NCBI GenBank assembly: GCA_951406725.2
Contig: OX597833.1
Span: 71,858,001-71,922,000 of the forward strand
Direction: 5' to 3'
DNA from: Octopus vulgaris
Lineage: Eukaryota
Length of the DNA stretch: 64,000 nucleotides
Positions 51,330 through 63,357 of this stretch are shown piece by piece. The notes under the pieces are model-generated. The model ran no database searches. It saw nothing but the letters and a program-made list of their open reading frames with translations, and had not been told where the DNA came from. Every line of letters begins with the position of its first letter. Position 1 is the stretch's first letter. The position numbers and the translations under genes are program-made.

Positions 51330-51512
51330 TAGGGAATAGAAAGAGGAGGTCGGAAACGGGGCTGGTAGGGGTGAGGAAGATGAAAGGAAAGGCTTCCCTA
51401 CACCACAATAGAAACAGGACAGGCCCCCACACACCACACACAGTGAGGTGGCGGGGTGGGTGGGGCGAGAGCCTCAGATTAGGAGCAACCTGGGGTGAAT
51501 ACTTGTGTGATC
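51330..51512 (-). mobile_element. Possible decayed Penelope-like GIY-YIG C-terminal fragment
   Basis: SPQVAPNLRLSPHPPRHLTVCG...REAFPFIFLTP loosely resembles PLE endonuclease ends (PVA.HF...H...L.V.G...E..IF). The match is highly degenerate. Confidence 0.3.
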
Positions 51513-51588
51513 TCTCTCTATTCTTTGAAGGAAGGGAGAGAGAAGAGGAAGAGAATGTTAAGGGGGTCTGAAGAGGGAAAGGAAGTCG

Positions 51589-51631
<43 letters not shown>

Positions 51632-52010
51632 GCATAAGGGATGATGGAAAGAGAGAGAGAGAGAGTAAAGAAGAATGTTTCTTTTTCTTTCAGTGTGTCT
51701 GAATCAGGGTCTTTGTGAACTTTAGGGGTCCCACATAAGATTTCCTCAAAATTTATCTGCAATCAACTGGTTTATATTCCTTCAACACACAACATATTTC
51801 AATAATTATTTTTATGCAATTGCTAATAATATTTAATCATAAATATATAAAAGGATTATTTAAACATGGAAGGGTTATCAGAGTCCACCTGAATAAAATA
51901 GGAACGAAGACGGTCCCTAATTGGAAAATGGTTGGGAACCTTTGATGGAGACAGATTATAAAATACTTCCTATTTCTATTTAACTTTATGGGTTTACTCA
52001 TTCTACATGA

Positions 52011-52243
52011 GGGGCATATAGTGTAGTGGTTAAGAGCACGGGCTACTAACACCAAGATTCCGAGTTCGATTCCAGGCAGTGACCTGAATAACAACAACAA
52101 CAACATTGAAAAATACCTTAGGAATGAGAACCCAGGTTCGAAATTTCCCCAAGATACCCGATGAAGGCTGGAGGGTATATCAGCCAAAACGTGCAAACCA
52201 CAAACAAGATGAGGACAAATATCCGTCAAATGTAAATAATGTA
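52011..52243 (+). mobile_element. tRNA-headed SINE, family E, with a hammerhead-like 3' module
   Basis: A box TAGTGTAGTGG (52019), B box GAGTTCGATTCC (52062), (AAC)n linker, then CCGATGA-A-GGCTG...CAGCC-AAAAC-GT. Confidence 0.65.
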
Positions 52244-52477
52244 CCACCACAACCTCTAGATATAGCAGCCAAATTTCCCTCATACCACACCCAGCCATAT
52301 TGTTAAAAATTATAAAGAAAAAAACAAAGATGGTCACATTGGATAATGTAATCCTGGATACATTGTCTGAAAATAAGGCAAGATGGTCATGGATGGAAAC
52401 ACTGTAGGAGGAAGGGGTGAACAATAATAACATGAATATTATGCATGCTGATGGCGGGTGTGTAGAGGGTGGACTAA

Positions 52478-53160
52478 GACCACAATTATCTAATCACATT
52501 TGGTCTTTAAGAGATAAAGGTGTCGATTATAACATACATTGGAAGATTTTGGCCAAATGTAAGCCCTATACCAACGGCAGCGGAAGGTGCGGTCTATGCG
52601 ACATGGAGAGATGGCTTATCTGGAAAAGCAGCTTAGACCCTACTACATGTCTAAACTCAAGGACAGAACTTTTCGGATCATGCCCACGTGTGACTAAATT
52701 TCTTACGTTTTTGGTCCCCCAAAGAAAACAGATAGAACATGCTTTCTATGTTATGTCCAAGGAGGTTTTTTTTACCTCATCATACCTTCTATCATATATT
52801 TTTATATATATTTTATTTTATGTATATATTTTATATATTTTTTATGTATTTTTATATAATTTTTTATGGCGAAAAATGCGAGTGAAGATGTGTACGTTTA
52901 CATAGCGATGTATAAGTACGCAGGCAAGCAGAGTTATAACACAGTAATTTCCCTTTGTATAACGGTATTTTTTCATAGCATTTTCAAATAGCCAGATAAC
53001 CGAAGAGATGGTGTTGTGGATTCCCACTTTGGCATCTGAAACTCAGAGTTTTATCTTGGCTATTCAATAATTGTCACATATTAATTTACAGATAAATTTC
53101 CTCTATTTACATAATATTGAGGTATCTTTCTTTCTTTTGTTATCTTACCGTTTTTACCAA
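52478..53160 (+). mobile_element. Penelope-like element 3' fragment (GIY-YIG C-terminus plus terminal region)
   Basis: LSNHIWSLRDKGVDYNIHWKILAKCKPY....RCGLC..E..LI.......LNSRTELFGSCP follows the characteristic PLE endonuclease end. The fragment terminates at a (TA)n tract. Confidence 0.85.
52987..53064 (+). ncRNA. Type I hammerhead ribozyme-like motif with variant core
   Basis: Helix I AATAGCCA-GATAA / TTATC-T-TGGCTATT, core CCGAAGA, helix II GATG...CATC, GAAAC-TCAGA-GT, cleavage triplet GTT. Confidence 0.65.
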
Positions 53161-53334
53161 TATATATATATATATATATATTAATGGTAAGACAACAAAA
53201 GAATGAAAGAGACCTCGATATTATGTAAATAGAGGAAATTTATCTGTAAATATAATATGTGACAATTATTTGGTAGCCATAATAAAACTTCATCATGGCT
53301 ACCGAATAATTGTCACATATTATATTTACAGATA
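53047..53334. repeat. About 100-bp inverted repeat around (TA)n, plus a third partial copy
   Basis: 53047-53149 matches the reverse complement of 53186-53289. 53295-53334 repeats the forward orientation. Confidence 0.9.
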
Positions 53335-54437
53335 CATATAGGTAGATAGACAGATAGATGTATATATATACACACACACACACACACATATATGCATGTG
53401 TGTGTATGTAGAAAGAGAGAGAAGCTGGGAACCTGTCTCACTTTAAATCTGAGTATAAGTTGTCCACCAGCCTTTAATGAATCGATCCTGCATTGATCAA
53501 GTCATCAATATTTGATGCAGCCAACAGCAGACTCCTCCATCCTATTACAAAGGAACTGAATGGCCAAAAGCATTAGCAGCATATCCTGGGAATCGTACCA
53601 CCCCCTCCTGCATACACACAACACACAAACCTCCTTCAAATACACTCGGCTGCCTTAAAAAAGTGGACACATTGAATAGCGTAGTCCTAGATACACAATG
53701 CATTGGGAACTAAACAATAACTGCCATCATCATCATCATCAACTGTCCACATCCACTTTTTCATGCCTGTTTGGGGCCAAACAGAATTTACTAAGGCAGA
53801 TTTTTCTATGGCCAGAGGCCCTTGTTGTTGTCAGCCCTCATCCATTTCTGAGTGGACCCTTTTCCCAGAATAATAGAAACAAATGACATCACTTATAGGA
53901 TAGAGATGTTGGCTTACAACCACTGCATGATGCCAAGAAAGGAACACACACACACAGACATACACGTGATGGGCTTCTTTCAGTTTCCCATTCACAAGTC
54001 TTTGGATGGCTCAAGACTACAGTAGAAGACACTTACACAAAGTGCCACACACTGGGATTGAACCGAAGACCACATGGTTTGGAAACCAGCTTCTCAGCAA
54101 CAAAGCGATGCTTGCATTTGTTATGTTATTGTTATTTAATGACTAATCTATGTTGTCTGGAGGCCACGGTTGAAGCCAAGGGCGATTTTATTGAATAAAT
54201 TTACTCTTTAGTATTTCAAGGTATTTTTATGTAGTTTTGGTAAATATATCTGTTAAGACGAGATGTCAGAGTTATTTTCATTTCTGCCTAATTTAGATGA
54301 CAGCTTATTCACCACACCCTGTAAATACACACAAGGAAAAGAGAGGGCAAAGAAATAAACAATTTGTTTACTCCGTTGTCATCTCGTCTTTTTTTTCTTT
54401 TCATCACTTTGTATGAGTAACACTTTATTCAGAAACA

Positions 54438-54575
54438 TAAGCTTGCTAACCAACCACAGGGTTCCAGGTTCAGTCCCACTGCGTGGCACCTTGAGCAAGT
54501 GTCTTCTGCTATAGCCCCAGGCCGACCAATGCCTTGTGAGTGGATTTGGTAGACAGAAACTGAAAGAAGCCTGTC

Positions 54576-54628
<53 letters not shown>

Positions 54629-54830
54629 CGTGTGTGTTTGTCCCCCTAGCATTGCTTGACAACCAATGCTGGTGTGTTTACGTCCCCGTCACTTAGCGGT
54701 TCGGCAAAAAGAGACCGATAGAATAAGTACTGGGCTTACAAAGAATAAGTCCCGGGGTCGATTTGCTCGACTAAAGGCGGTGCTCCAGCATGGCCGCAGT
54801 CAAATGACTGAAACAAGTAAAAGATAAAAG
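54438..54830 (+). mobile_element. SINE family A, young copy
   Basis: Near-identical to 6620-6996. Confidence 0.88.
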
Positions 54831-57027
54831 ATACACGTATTGAGTTCTACACTAGATTATTAGTTTCTCAATGTATGAATGAAATATATAATACAAGCAA
54901 ACACACCTGTCCTTTGGTGGCATTTTTTTCACCAAATATCTGAACAACCGAGAAGGTTTATGAGTAGCATGGCAATCTATGGTTTCCAATTAATCTAGGA
55001 ACAGAAAACCAAACTGAAGGCTGGTCATTGTGGAGGTCGTTGCACTTTAACGATCACAGAACATATAAGTTTGCAAGCGATGCAAAGTAGAGCTACTGAA
55101 GTGTTTGGGGAGCAGATTATGGATAACTGACTACAAAATATAGTTCAAGAGATGAGATCCAGAGATTCTCAGTAAAGAAAACACTTGGCAGCAGTCAAAT
55201 GATTTCAATTTATTCAAATCTAATTCTCATTTTATCAATTTCCAATTATCAAATGACTCAAATTCACCTTGTGGAATTTACACCAATGTGCTGTAGTAAG
55301 CACACACACACACAGAATGGGCTTCCATGCAGTTTCCATCTCTCAAATTTCTTTCCCATTGAGCCGATGATGGAAGATGCTGCACTGAAGGACCAATCGC
55401 AGAAGCATCTGGTTGCAAAGCCTATTTCTCAACCCTAACCCTACCCTTACAGCCACCCACCTTGAATACTATAAAAATCCTCCTCACCAACATCGCTAAT
55501 ATCACCCCACCCACCACCCACCGACTATTTTCAGGCCAGAACTTGATCCAATGAGGGATCCTCTATATGGTCACTGAACCTGCTAGAAATAGCAGCTATA
55601 CCTCTCTCATTTTAAAAAGTAAGGGCATGTTGAATAATGTAATCCCAGATAAATGTCTGAGAAAGAAAGTTGGATGGCCACAAATGGAACGTCTTTGACA
55701 AGAGGCTAGTTGGACAAAGGCTGACCTGGAACTAAACAACAATAGCAATCATATGCACACAAAGATGGTGGCACATATTTCCACATCTGTTTCTCTCAGC
55801 TTCTCTTAGCAATTGGTACATCTTCCTCAGTGACCACAGGACCTTCAGTTCCACCCACGACCACTGACCCCACCCCCTCCCACATGGACTGACCAATTAG
55901 AAATTCATGAGGCTTGTAAGTGGTGGACAACCTCACACAATAAAGAGACAAAATCTCTCTTATTGTCATCAAGCCAAGGAAGAAGCCTTGATGTGGTTGC
56001 TTGACCTGCTAGAAATAACTGCTAAAACTACTTCAAGTAACAGCCTGCCATCTTAAAAAAGAAACAGAGATGATGTTATTCCCAGGCACACAAATGCCTG
56101 AACAAAGATAGGATGGTCATGGCTGGAACACTTTTGATCATAGGTCTGCTTGTTTGGTGCTGATCTGGAGCTAAACATTAATAACAACATCACAGTCTTA
56201 AAATGGAGACCAAGTGTCTGAAAGTCTAGATCATTCATTGAGAAACTGTGGCCCACGGGTTGCATGTGGCTCAGGGGATTCTCTGAATGGCACACCTAGT
56301 GCAGCCTTTCTGATGATGAACCATGCCTCTTGTGGCCCACTTTTAAAAAAAGGTAAAAATGCCAACTGGAACGCAGCCTCCTTGTTCAATCAGTTGCACT
56401 GATGGAGAAAGAGAACTCACAGAACTCACAGAAAGAGAACTCACAGAATGAGGAATAAAACCAGGTCCTTGAAGGGTTTTTCTAAATTCTTCTTCAGTCC
56501 TTCGTCTCATAGAGCTGATCACTCAGTTTCCTTAATATAGAAAGTCTCAAATTTCAGTCTCTCACTATTGAAGAAAGCATTGCTATCAACTTCCCTGTCG
56601 GCCAAATAACTTTTGTCATTCCCTCCTCTCTCTTGCCTGAAATATGTTCCATTTTCAGCAAAAAATTGAACCCATTCAACATTCCACAAATGATTTATGG
56701 TTTCTTTGAAATCTCTTCTTACACACACACATTCTACACACTCATAATACTGAGCGAAACCAGGAGTTATGAAAATTCTTGTTGCTACACGCAGCAACCA
56801 GAATTTTGGTAAAGAGCATAAAAGTGAAACAGAAGAGTCTTAGAAAGCTAGAGATGAACTGCATCAACAAATATCATCATCATCATCTGTTTAATGTCCA
56901 TTTCTCCATACTTGCAACGGTCAAGTGAGATTCAATGAGGCAGGCATTCTATAGCTAAATGCTCTGCTTATCACAAACCTTTCCCTGTTTCCAAGCAAAC
57001 AAATTTTGTCAAACCCCAACCACATGT

Positions 57028-57440
57028 ATATCATCATCATCGTTTAGCGTCCGCTTTCCATGCGAGCATGGGTTGGACGGTTCAACTGGGGTCTGTGAAG
57101 TCAGAAGGCTGCATCAGGTCCAGTCTGATCTGGCAGTGTTTCTACAGCTGGATGCCCTTCCTAGCGTCAACCACTCCAAGAGTGTAGTGGGTGCTTTTTA
57201 CGTGCCACCTGCACAGGTGCCAGACGGAGCTGGCAGTATATATATACATTATATACAAATATCATCATCATTATCATCGTCGACATCATCCTCCATGCTG
57301 GCATGGGTTGGACAGTTTGACCACAGCTGCACCAGGCTCCAGTCTTGATTTGGTATGGTTTCTATGGTGGGATGCCCTTCCAAATGCCGACCACTCCACA
57401 GAGTGTGCTGGGTGCTTTTTACGTGGCACTGGCCCCAGCA
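57028..57440 (-). mobile_element. Two adjacent family B tails
   Basis: (CAT)n...gcatgggttggac...ggatgcccttcc...ccactcc occurs twice. Confidence 0.7.
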
Positions 57441-57677
57441 CAAGACCCTTGCAGATCAATCTTCTTTAGCAGAGGGAATTGGCCTTAACACTCCTGCTGC
57501 AGAGTAGGGATCTTCTTGAATACAACAAGGCACCAGGTATCTCAGTCCTCTGTCCAATATATATACACACATATATATATATATATATATACATGCACAT
57601 TACTTATACAAACCACACAAACTTGCTTGAAACAAACCATTTTGGCATTGAGAGGAAGATTCCAATATATCTTTCTG

Positions 57678-58068
57678 TCTTTTTATTTGTTTCAGTCACT
57701 TGACAGTGGCCTTGCTGGGGCAATACCTTGAAGAATTTTAGTTGAATGATTTGAACCCAGCACATTTTTTTTTAATGCCTGTTATTAATTGAATTGGTCT
57801 CTTTTGCTGAACCACTAAGTTATGGTGACATAAACACACCAATACCAGTTGTTAAGCAGTGGTGGAGGACAAACAGACACACACACACACACTACACATA
57901 TATATGATGGGCTTCTTTCGGTTTCCATCTACCAAATCCACTCGCGAGGCTTTGCTCAGCCCAAGGCTATAGTAGAAGACTCTTGCTCAATGTACCATGC
58001 AGTGGAACTGAACCTAGATTCATGTGGTTGAAAAGCAAGCTTCTTACCACATGGCCAGGCCAGCACCT
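57678..58068 (-). mobile_element. SINE family A, older copy
   Basis: Diverged head and tail motifs. Confidence 0.75.
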
Positions 58069-58734
58069 AACTTTCCATGAGAGTGAGAAATTTGTGAAAA
58101 TTCTTTAGTTCAATGTTTTACTGGAATCAAATCTTTTCAGATTGTCATCAGAATGGGTCCTTAGAAGTACATGTTGTATCCCCAGCATTAGGAAAGACAC
58201 ACAGCTGTGGAATGGTGCCTCAGAAAGTCTTGTCCAAGCCATAGCAGCATGGGGAAGAGTCTTAAAAACAATGATGATATGAATGGATACACTGTCGATT
58301 ATGAAGATGACGGTTCCAGCTGATCCGATCAATGGAACAAGTGCAAGTGGCTGAGTACTCCACAGACATGCACACCCTTTATGGAGACCACATGGAGATT
58401 CAGCCTGGCTCAGAGTGCAGCAAGGCTCTGGCCCCGTTTGAATTACAGGTACAATTCATGTTTGCCATCAGAGTGGCAATGCGAAATAAAGTGTCTTGCT
58501 CAAGGACAAAGGATGCCATCGGGAATTGAACTCCCAAGCTTACAATCAGGAACTGAATCTCCTAACCACTAAGCCATGTACCTTTACTGATATGAACTGA
58601 TACATGGCTGTATCCTACACCAGTTTCACATAACCAGCCCCAACCCATTCAAAAGTACCTTGGATCATAGGGTGACCTGGTGTGCTTGGGGTGACCTATT
58701 GAGTCAAGTACATCAATATCAAACAATCAAATGG

Positions 58735-59068
58735 AAATTGTAGTTACGATACCTGTGCTGGTGGCACATAAAAAGCACCATCCAAACGTGGCCGATGCCA
58801 GCGCCACCTTGACTGGCTTCTGTGCCAGTGACATGTAAAACGCACCAATTGATCATGGCCATTGCCAGCCTCCTCTGGCCCCTGTGCTGGTGACACGTAA
58901 AAAGCACCCACAACACTCACGGAGTGGTTGGCGTTAGGAAGGGCATCCAGCCGTAGAAACTCTGCCAGGTCAGACTGGAGCCTGGTGCAGCCTCCTTGCT
59001 TCCCAGACCCTGGTCAAACCATCCAACCCATGCTAGCATGGAAAACGGACGTTAAAAGATGATGATGA
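58735..59068 (+). mobile_element. Family B element with three internal GTGCTGGTGGCAC.TAAAAAGCACC-like repeats and a (GAT)n tail
   Basis: Repeat units at about 58755, 58823 and 58884. Ends ggacgttaaaagatgatgatga. Confidence 0.75.
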
Positions 59069-59379
59069 CATGGAATCCTAGCCAAATGTTTCAGAACCAG
59101 AGATGACCATTTCTCCATAGAATAGAATTAGAAGTTATCTAGCTTGCTGCCAAAAAGCCCCCATCATTTCTTTGGATGTGGGTTTGAAGCTTTCTTAATG
59201 ACTTCCCTAACAAAAGTATAAAGAATTATAAAAGAAAAATTTTAAATATCTAGAATTCCCCCCCGCCAAATTATGATTTAAACATCCAAATGAGCTTAAC
59301 TTTTTGAAATATAAGAGAAACATTTTTCGAAAAAAAGTCAAACCTGAAAAATTATGGAAAAGGAGTGGGGCACACCAGG

Positions 59380-59612
59380 GTGTGTGTGTGTGTGTGTTTG
59401 TCCCCACCACCACCACTTGACAACCGGTGTTGGTATGGTTACGTCTGAGTACCTTAGAAGTTCTGTAAAAGACACCGATAGAATAAGTACTAGGCTTTAA
59501 AAAAATAATAAAAATATGAGCAATGGTGTGGATTCGTTCGACTGAAATTCTTCAAGGGCGATGCCCCAGCATGGCCGCAGTCTAATGACTGAAGCAAGTA
59601 AAAGATCAAAGA
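59380..59612 (+). mobile_element. SINE family A, 3' half
   Basis: (TG)n followed by the family A tail. Confidence 0.75.
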
Positions 59613-61222
59613 TGGTATTAACAACAAAGGTAACGATTCGGTGAGAAATTAGAAGAACTGTTAATTTTCTTGGGAAACTATTTTTTCATCCCCTAAACCA
59701 TCTAAAAATGAAGAACAAGATTAGGGATGAGAAGTCGAGGAAAAAGATAAAGTTTTGGTGATGCTACGTTGTTTGCGGTCCGACCTATCAAGTGTTCCAG
59801 TCATGATCATTCCATCTGGGTTTTGTTTTGTTTTTTTCCTGACAATATAGCCAAGACTGTTACCCAAATTGTGTTCTTAAAAAAAGATAGAGTACGGTCG
59901 AAAATAATTTGGCTGCTTTTTCTTGCAGGCCAACTGACCATATAGAGACAGCTCCTTCGGGTGACGTGATTTTGAATCAATCAATCGATCAACTGCCACA
60001 ATTCCATATCGAACACAGTTTAAATATTTTCTCAAATACCAGACACTGAGCCGTAAAACAGTTGTTTAGCTCCCAAGTCAATCCGGATGGCGGAGCAGAC
60101 CTTATGTTCTGCCCTTCTTTTGGGCATTATGGATTTCGAAGACTACAATTCTTTAAGGTGTATCTTCTTTTCCAAGACAGTGGGTGTCAGTCGAGGGAGC
60201 TGCTACTTCTAGCAGGTGAGGCGACCACAAAGAGGATCCCTGGTTGGCTCGAATACAAACGGGTTTGTTTGTTGATGCTACTGCTCAACCCTCACTGAAC
60301 AGATCTATAATAAAAAGCTTTCCAACCGTGACAACCACGTCCCTTTTTCAGTAACAGTGAAGAGCTACAGTTACATTATTCCATGTCCTTCCCGTAGTTT
60401 TAAAGAGAAGTTTTGATTTGAGAGACGTGGCTATGTCGGGTCTCAGTTAGAAAAAGCAGCAAAACATCCCTCAAATCTCAGCCTGCTTTGATCTTAGGGT
60501 CACTCAATCAGGACTTGGAATAATCGACAAAATTGCGTAGAAACTGTCCCCATTGGTTTGAAAGCAAAGAGATAAAATAGGTGGAGAGATCAAACCTGGC
60601 GTCCGCAGTTACTGGTCATAATTAAAGTCCATTTATTATAAAGAAGAACAACGACGGTCGTTGAATTTGATTATTTCGGACGAAATAGTTGATGCCAACA
60701 TTTTCTGGAGCAAGAATTACGGAGAGAAAACGAGGAAAAATCAATAAAATCGAATGCAAATAAATATATAGAAGCAGGAATTGTGGCATTTATAAGTTTC
60801 CAATACGTACCAAGTCCGTTATAAAACCAATCCGATTGTAAACCCATCGATACAGAATATGGAAATAAAGTAATCCAGGAAAGGTTCACAGGGAAAAGAG
60901 AGACAGAAGAAGGGTCCCGGGGGATGAAAGGAGAATGGGTTATCTTCCAAACATCAAATAACCAAATACATTAATTCTTTTTTTATCAGAAGAAACTTTG
61001 GAAATCAGATGAAAAAGACAAGAATAAAAGAAGTAAGTAAAAGAAGGAAGAAGTTTGTTTGGTTTCCCCGTTTTTCTCTTTTCTTTCTGTTCTGATTTCC
61101 ATTACAAGCTGGGACAAGATTAAAAGTCGTTCCCCACCCCCAACCGACCGACCGTTCTATTGTGTGGAACATGTTGATCAGCCTCGGACTGTAAAGTAGG
61201 AAGTAATGTAAGCGATTTTTAC

Positions 61223-61660
61223 CTGATTATTATATACGACAAAGGTTGGCAGCGAGCATCGGTCGAGGAATGCAGCAACGAACGAGTCAGCTGTTGTTTA
61301 ATAGATAAACATAAAGAGACAGAGACAGAGAGAGAGAGAGAGTAGAGTGAGAAAGGGAGAGTTTATGAGGGAAAGGACAGGTGCGTGCAGCTGCGTGTGG
61401 TGTCTGTTGGCTGTTGTTTCTCCAGAAGCAAGACATGCGGAGACTTGTTCCAAGGAATTGTTTTCAAACGGCGACGCCTTCTCCTCCGACACCGCCAAAC
61501 ACGCGCCAACAACCGATTCTTAAATATGTTCTGCGATTAGCAAAATCGATCGAGTTTCTTATTTTGCTTTTTTTTTGTTTCTTGGTTGATTTCTACCGTA
61601 TTCTTAAGAATTGTAATCAATGAGCGACGAATACAACTTTAAAGCAACCGCCATTTAAAT
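61223..61660 (-). promoter_or_regulatory. CEP152: Probable promoter and non-coding first exon of CEP152-like
   Basis: CpG-rich segment, YY1-type AAATGGCGG on the minus strand (61648-61656), TTTAAA CHR-like hexamers, and donor CAG|GTAAAA at 61223/61222. A TAA near the exon end is in frame with the CDS, consistent with the start codon at 49627. Confidence 0.5.
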
Positions 61661-62207
61661 TTAAAAAAAAAACAACCGGTGTTCAGTGAAATACATGTCC
61701 AAGCTGGATTTTAGGGCCAGGCTGAACAAATATCTAGTTTCCTTTAGTCTCCTATGATTAGGGAAGTTATTTGTTTTTTTTCATATATTTGACCATTTAT
61801 TCGTTCCATATACTTTATAAATTATAAATGCTGTGCAACTAATTCTATTATAAGACAACTATCACTGAGAAATAAAAAGAAAAAAAAAACGGTGTCATGT
61901 GAAATTACTTTTTGAGTAAATTCCATGCTTTGTACTCGGTATAAAAACTATGAGTACAATTGAGTCATCAACTTAACAAAGACAAAAGACTTTGTATGCG
62001 GCAAATGCGCAGGATCAATAAACACAAAAAACGTACGGAGAATAAATTTTCTCAAATGATAAAAGAGACTCCCTAGAGGCTGTAGATGGTTTGTTACCTA
62101 GGTGATTTAATTAACGTTAGAGGAATAAGAACAGGTTGGAGAATGTTCAAAGAGTTATTACTACTGTTGGCTACAAAAGGTTTCTGAGAATGAAAGGCAT
62201 ATTATAT

Positions 62208-63191
62208 TGTAGCGTACGCTTAGTGAAATTCTTTCTCTGTTATATATAACATAAATACGGACGTAGCAGATAACAGCTAGTCTTCGGCCGTTTGGACCCT
62301 GGTCTGTCCACTACTCTGATTGGTTGGTATTGGCGCAATTTGTCTCTTGCTCTATTACGCGCCAATGTGCAACCCAACTAATCGCAGCCGTCTGATAAAG
62401 TCCTGTGGCACAGTCTTCTAAATCTCCGTTTGAGCCTCCTAGTACCTATAAAAGCTAGTTACAACAACGGTATTTCGTCTTGTTTCTAGACCTTCTAAGG
62501 TCTAACCACTGACCACAGAGCACACAGCCAGTTCTAGCGACAGACAACACCAGCAGCTCACATGGAGACTCAACTTTGTCCAGCAGCATACAGGACATCT
62601 ATCTCCGTCGCCCCCATCTTCTTAACGACGCCAACAACATCTCTACGTACACAGCAACATTCACCCAGGTACTATCCCCACACTGTTTGTGAATTACTTC
62701 ACCATGGTTAACAGCAAGTACAACCTTCGAGATCTTCCTGTATCAAGTAACTGGCTCTGCATAGTAGCCACAACTTCTTATACGACACGTGCTTCAACTG
62801 GCTCTGCTTCTTCGCCATAACTTCTTGTTACAGCACTTCAACTATTATGTACCTTACTACGAACTGGTATTTATCTTCATTGAGTCTGAACTTCTAGCGT
62901 CCTGTTATAGACTCTTTCCATGCTCTGTATTTTATCTCACATGCATACACCCTTGTTTGTACACACATACACATTATGTATGCATGACAGCCTGTCTATT
63001 GTTATTATTATTATATATGTACTTATGTCACACACACATGTTAACACCTAAATAAAATCTTTCTCTTAAACATTCTAACGGTTGTGTTGTTTTTCTTTTC
63101 CTTCTGGCACTCTTTCTCATTTATCCATTTTTGCTTTTATTGTAAGGAGTCAGTCATTCGTCACCTCTCCTTTCGCACAGCTGTTATTACA
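62208..63191 (+). mobile_element. Solo LTR (984 bp), Ty3/Gypsy-like
   Basis: Termini TGTA...TACA flanked by ATAT (62204-62207 and 63192-63195). CCAAT boxes, TATAAAAG (62447) and AATAAA (63051) occur in U3-R-U5 order. No PBS follows the 3' end. Confidence 0.75.
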
Positions 63192-63357
63192 ATATGATGC
63201 TCGTGTACGAACTGCGAGGCCCAGTGGTAGTGAAACAAGAGCTGTGAAAGCTGAGGACATGAAATGACTAAAACGAAAAGCAGCCAGCACTGGATGTGTT
63301 GGATGTGCAACGTCAGTTCGTCTCAACAATGAAGTATAAATGTATTGTGAAAAAGGA

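Noticed and set aside
52011-52084. Possible tRNA gene (likewise the heads at 11545 and 50420-50493)
   Set aside because: The acceptor and anticodon stems do not pair properly, and the sequence continues into repeat bodies. These are treated as SINE heads.
58735-58912. Spaced direct repeats superficially like a CRISPR array
   Set aside because: Three degenerate units inside a eukaryotic retroelement tail, with no cas genes.
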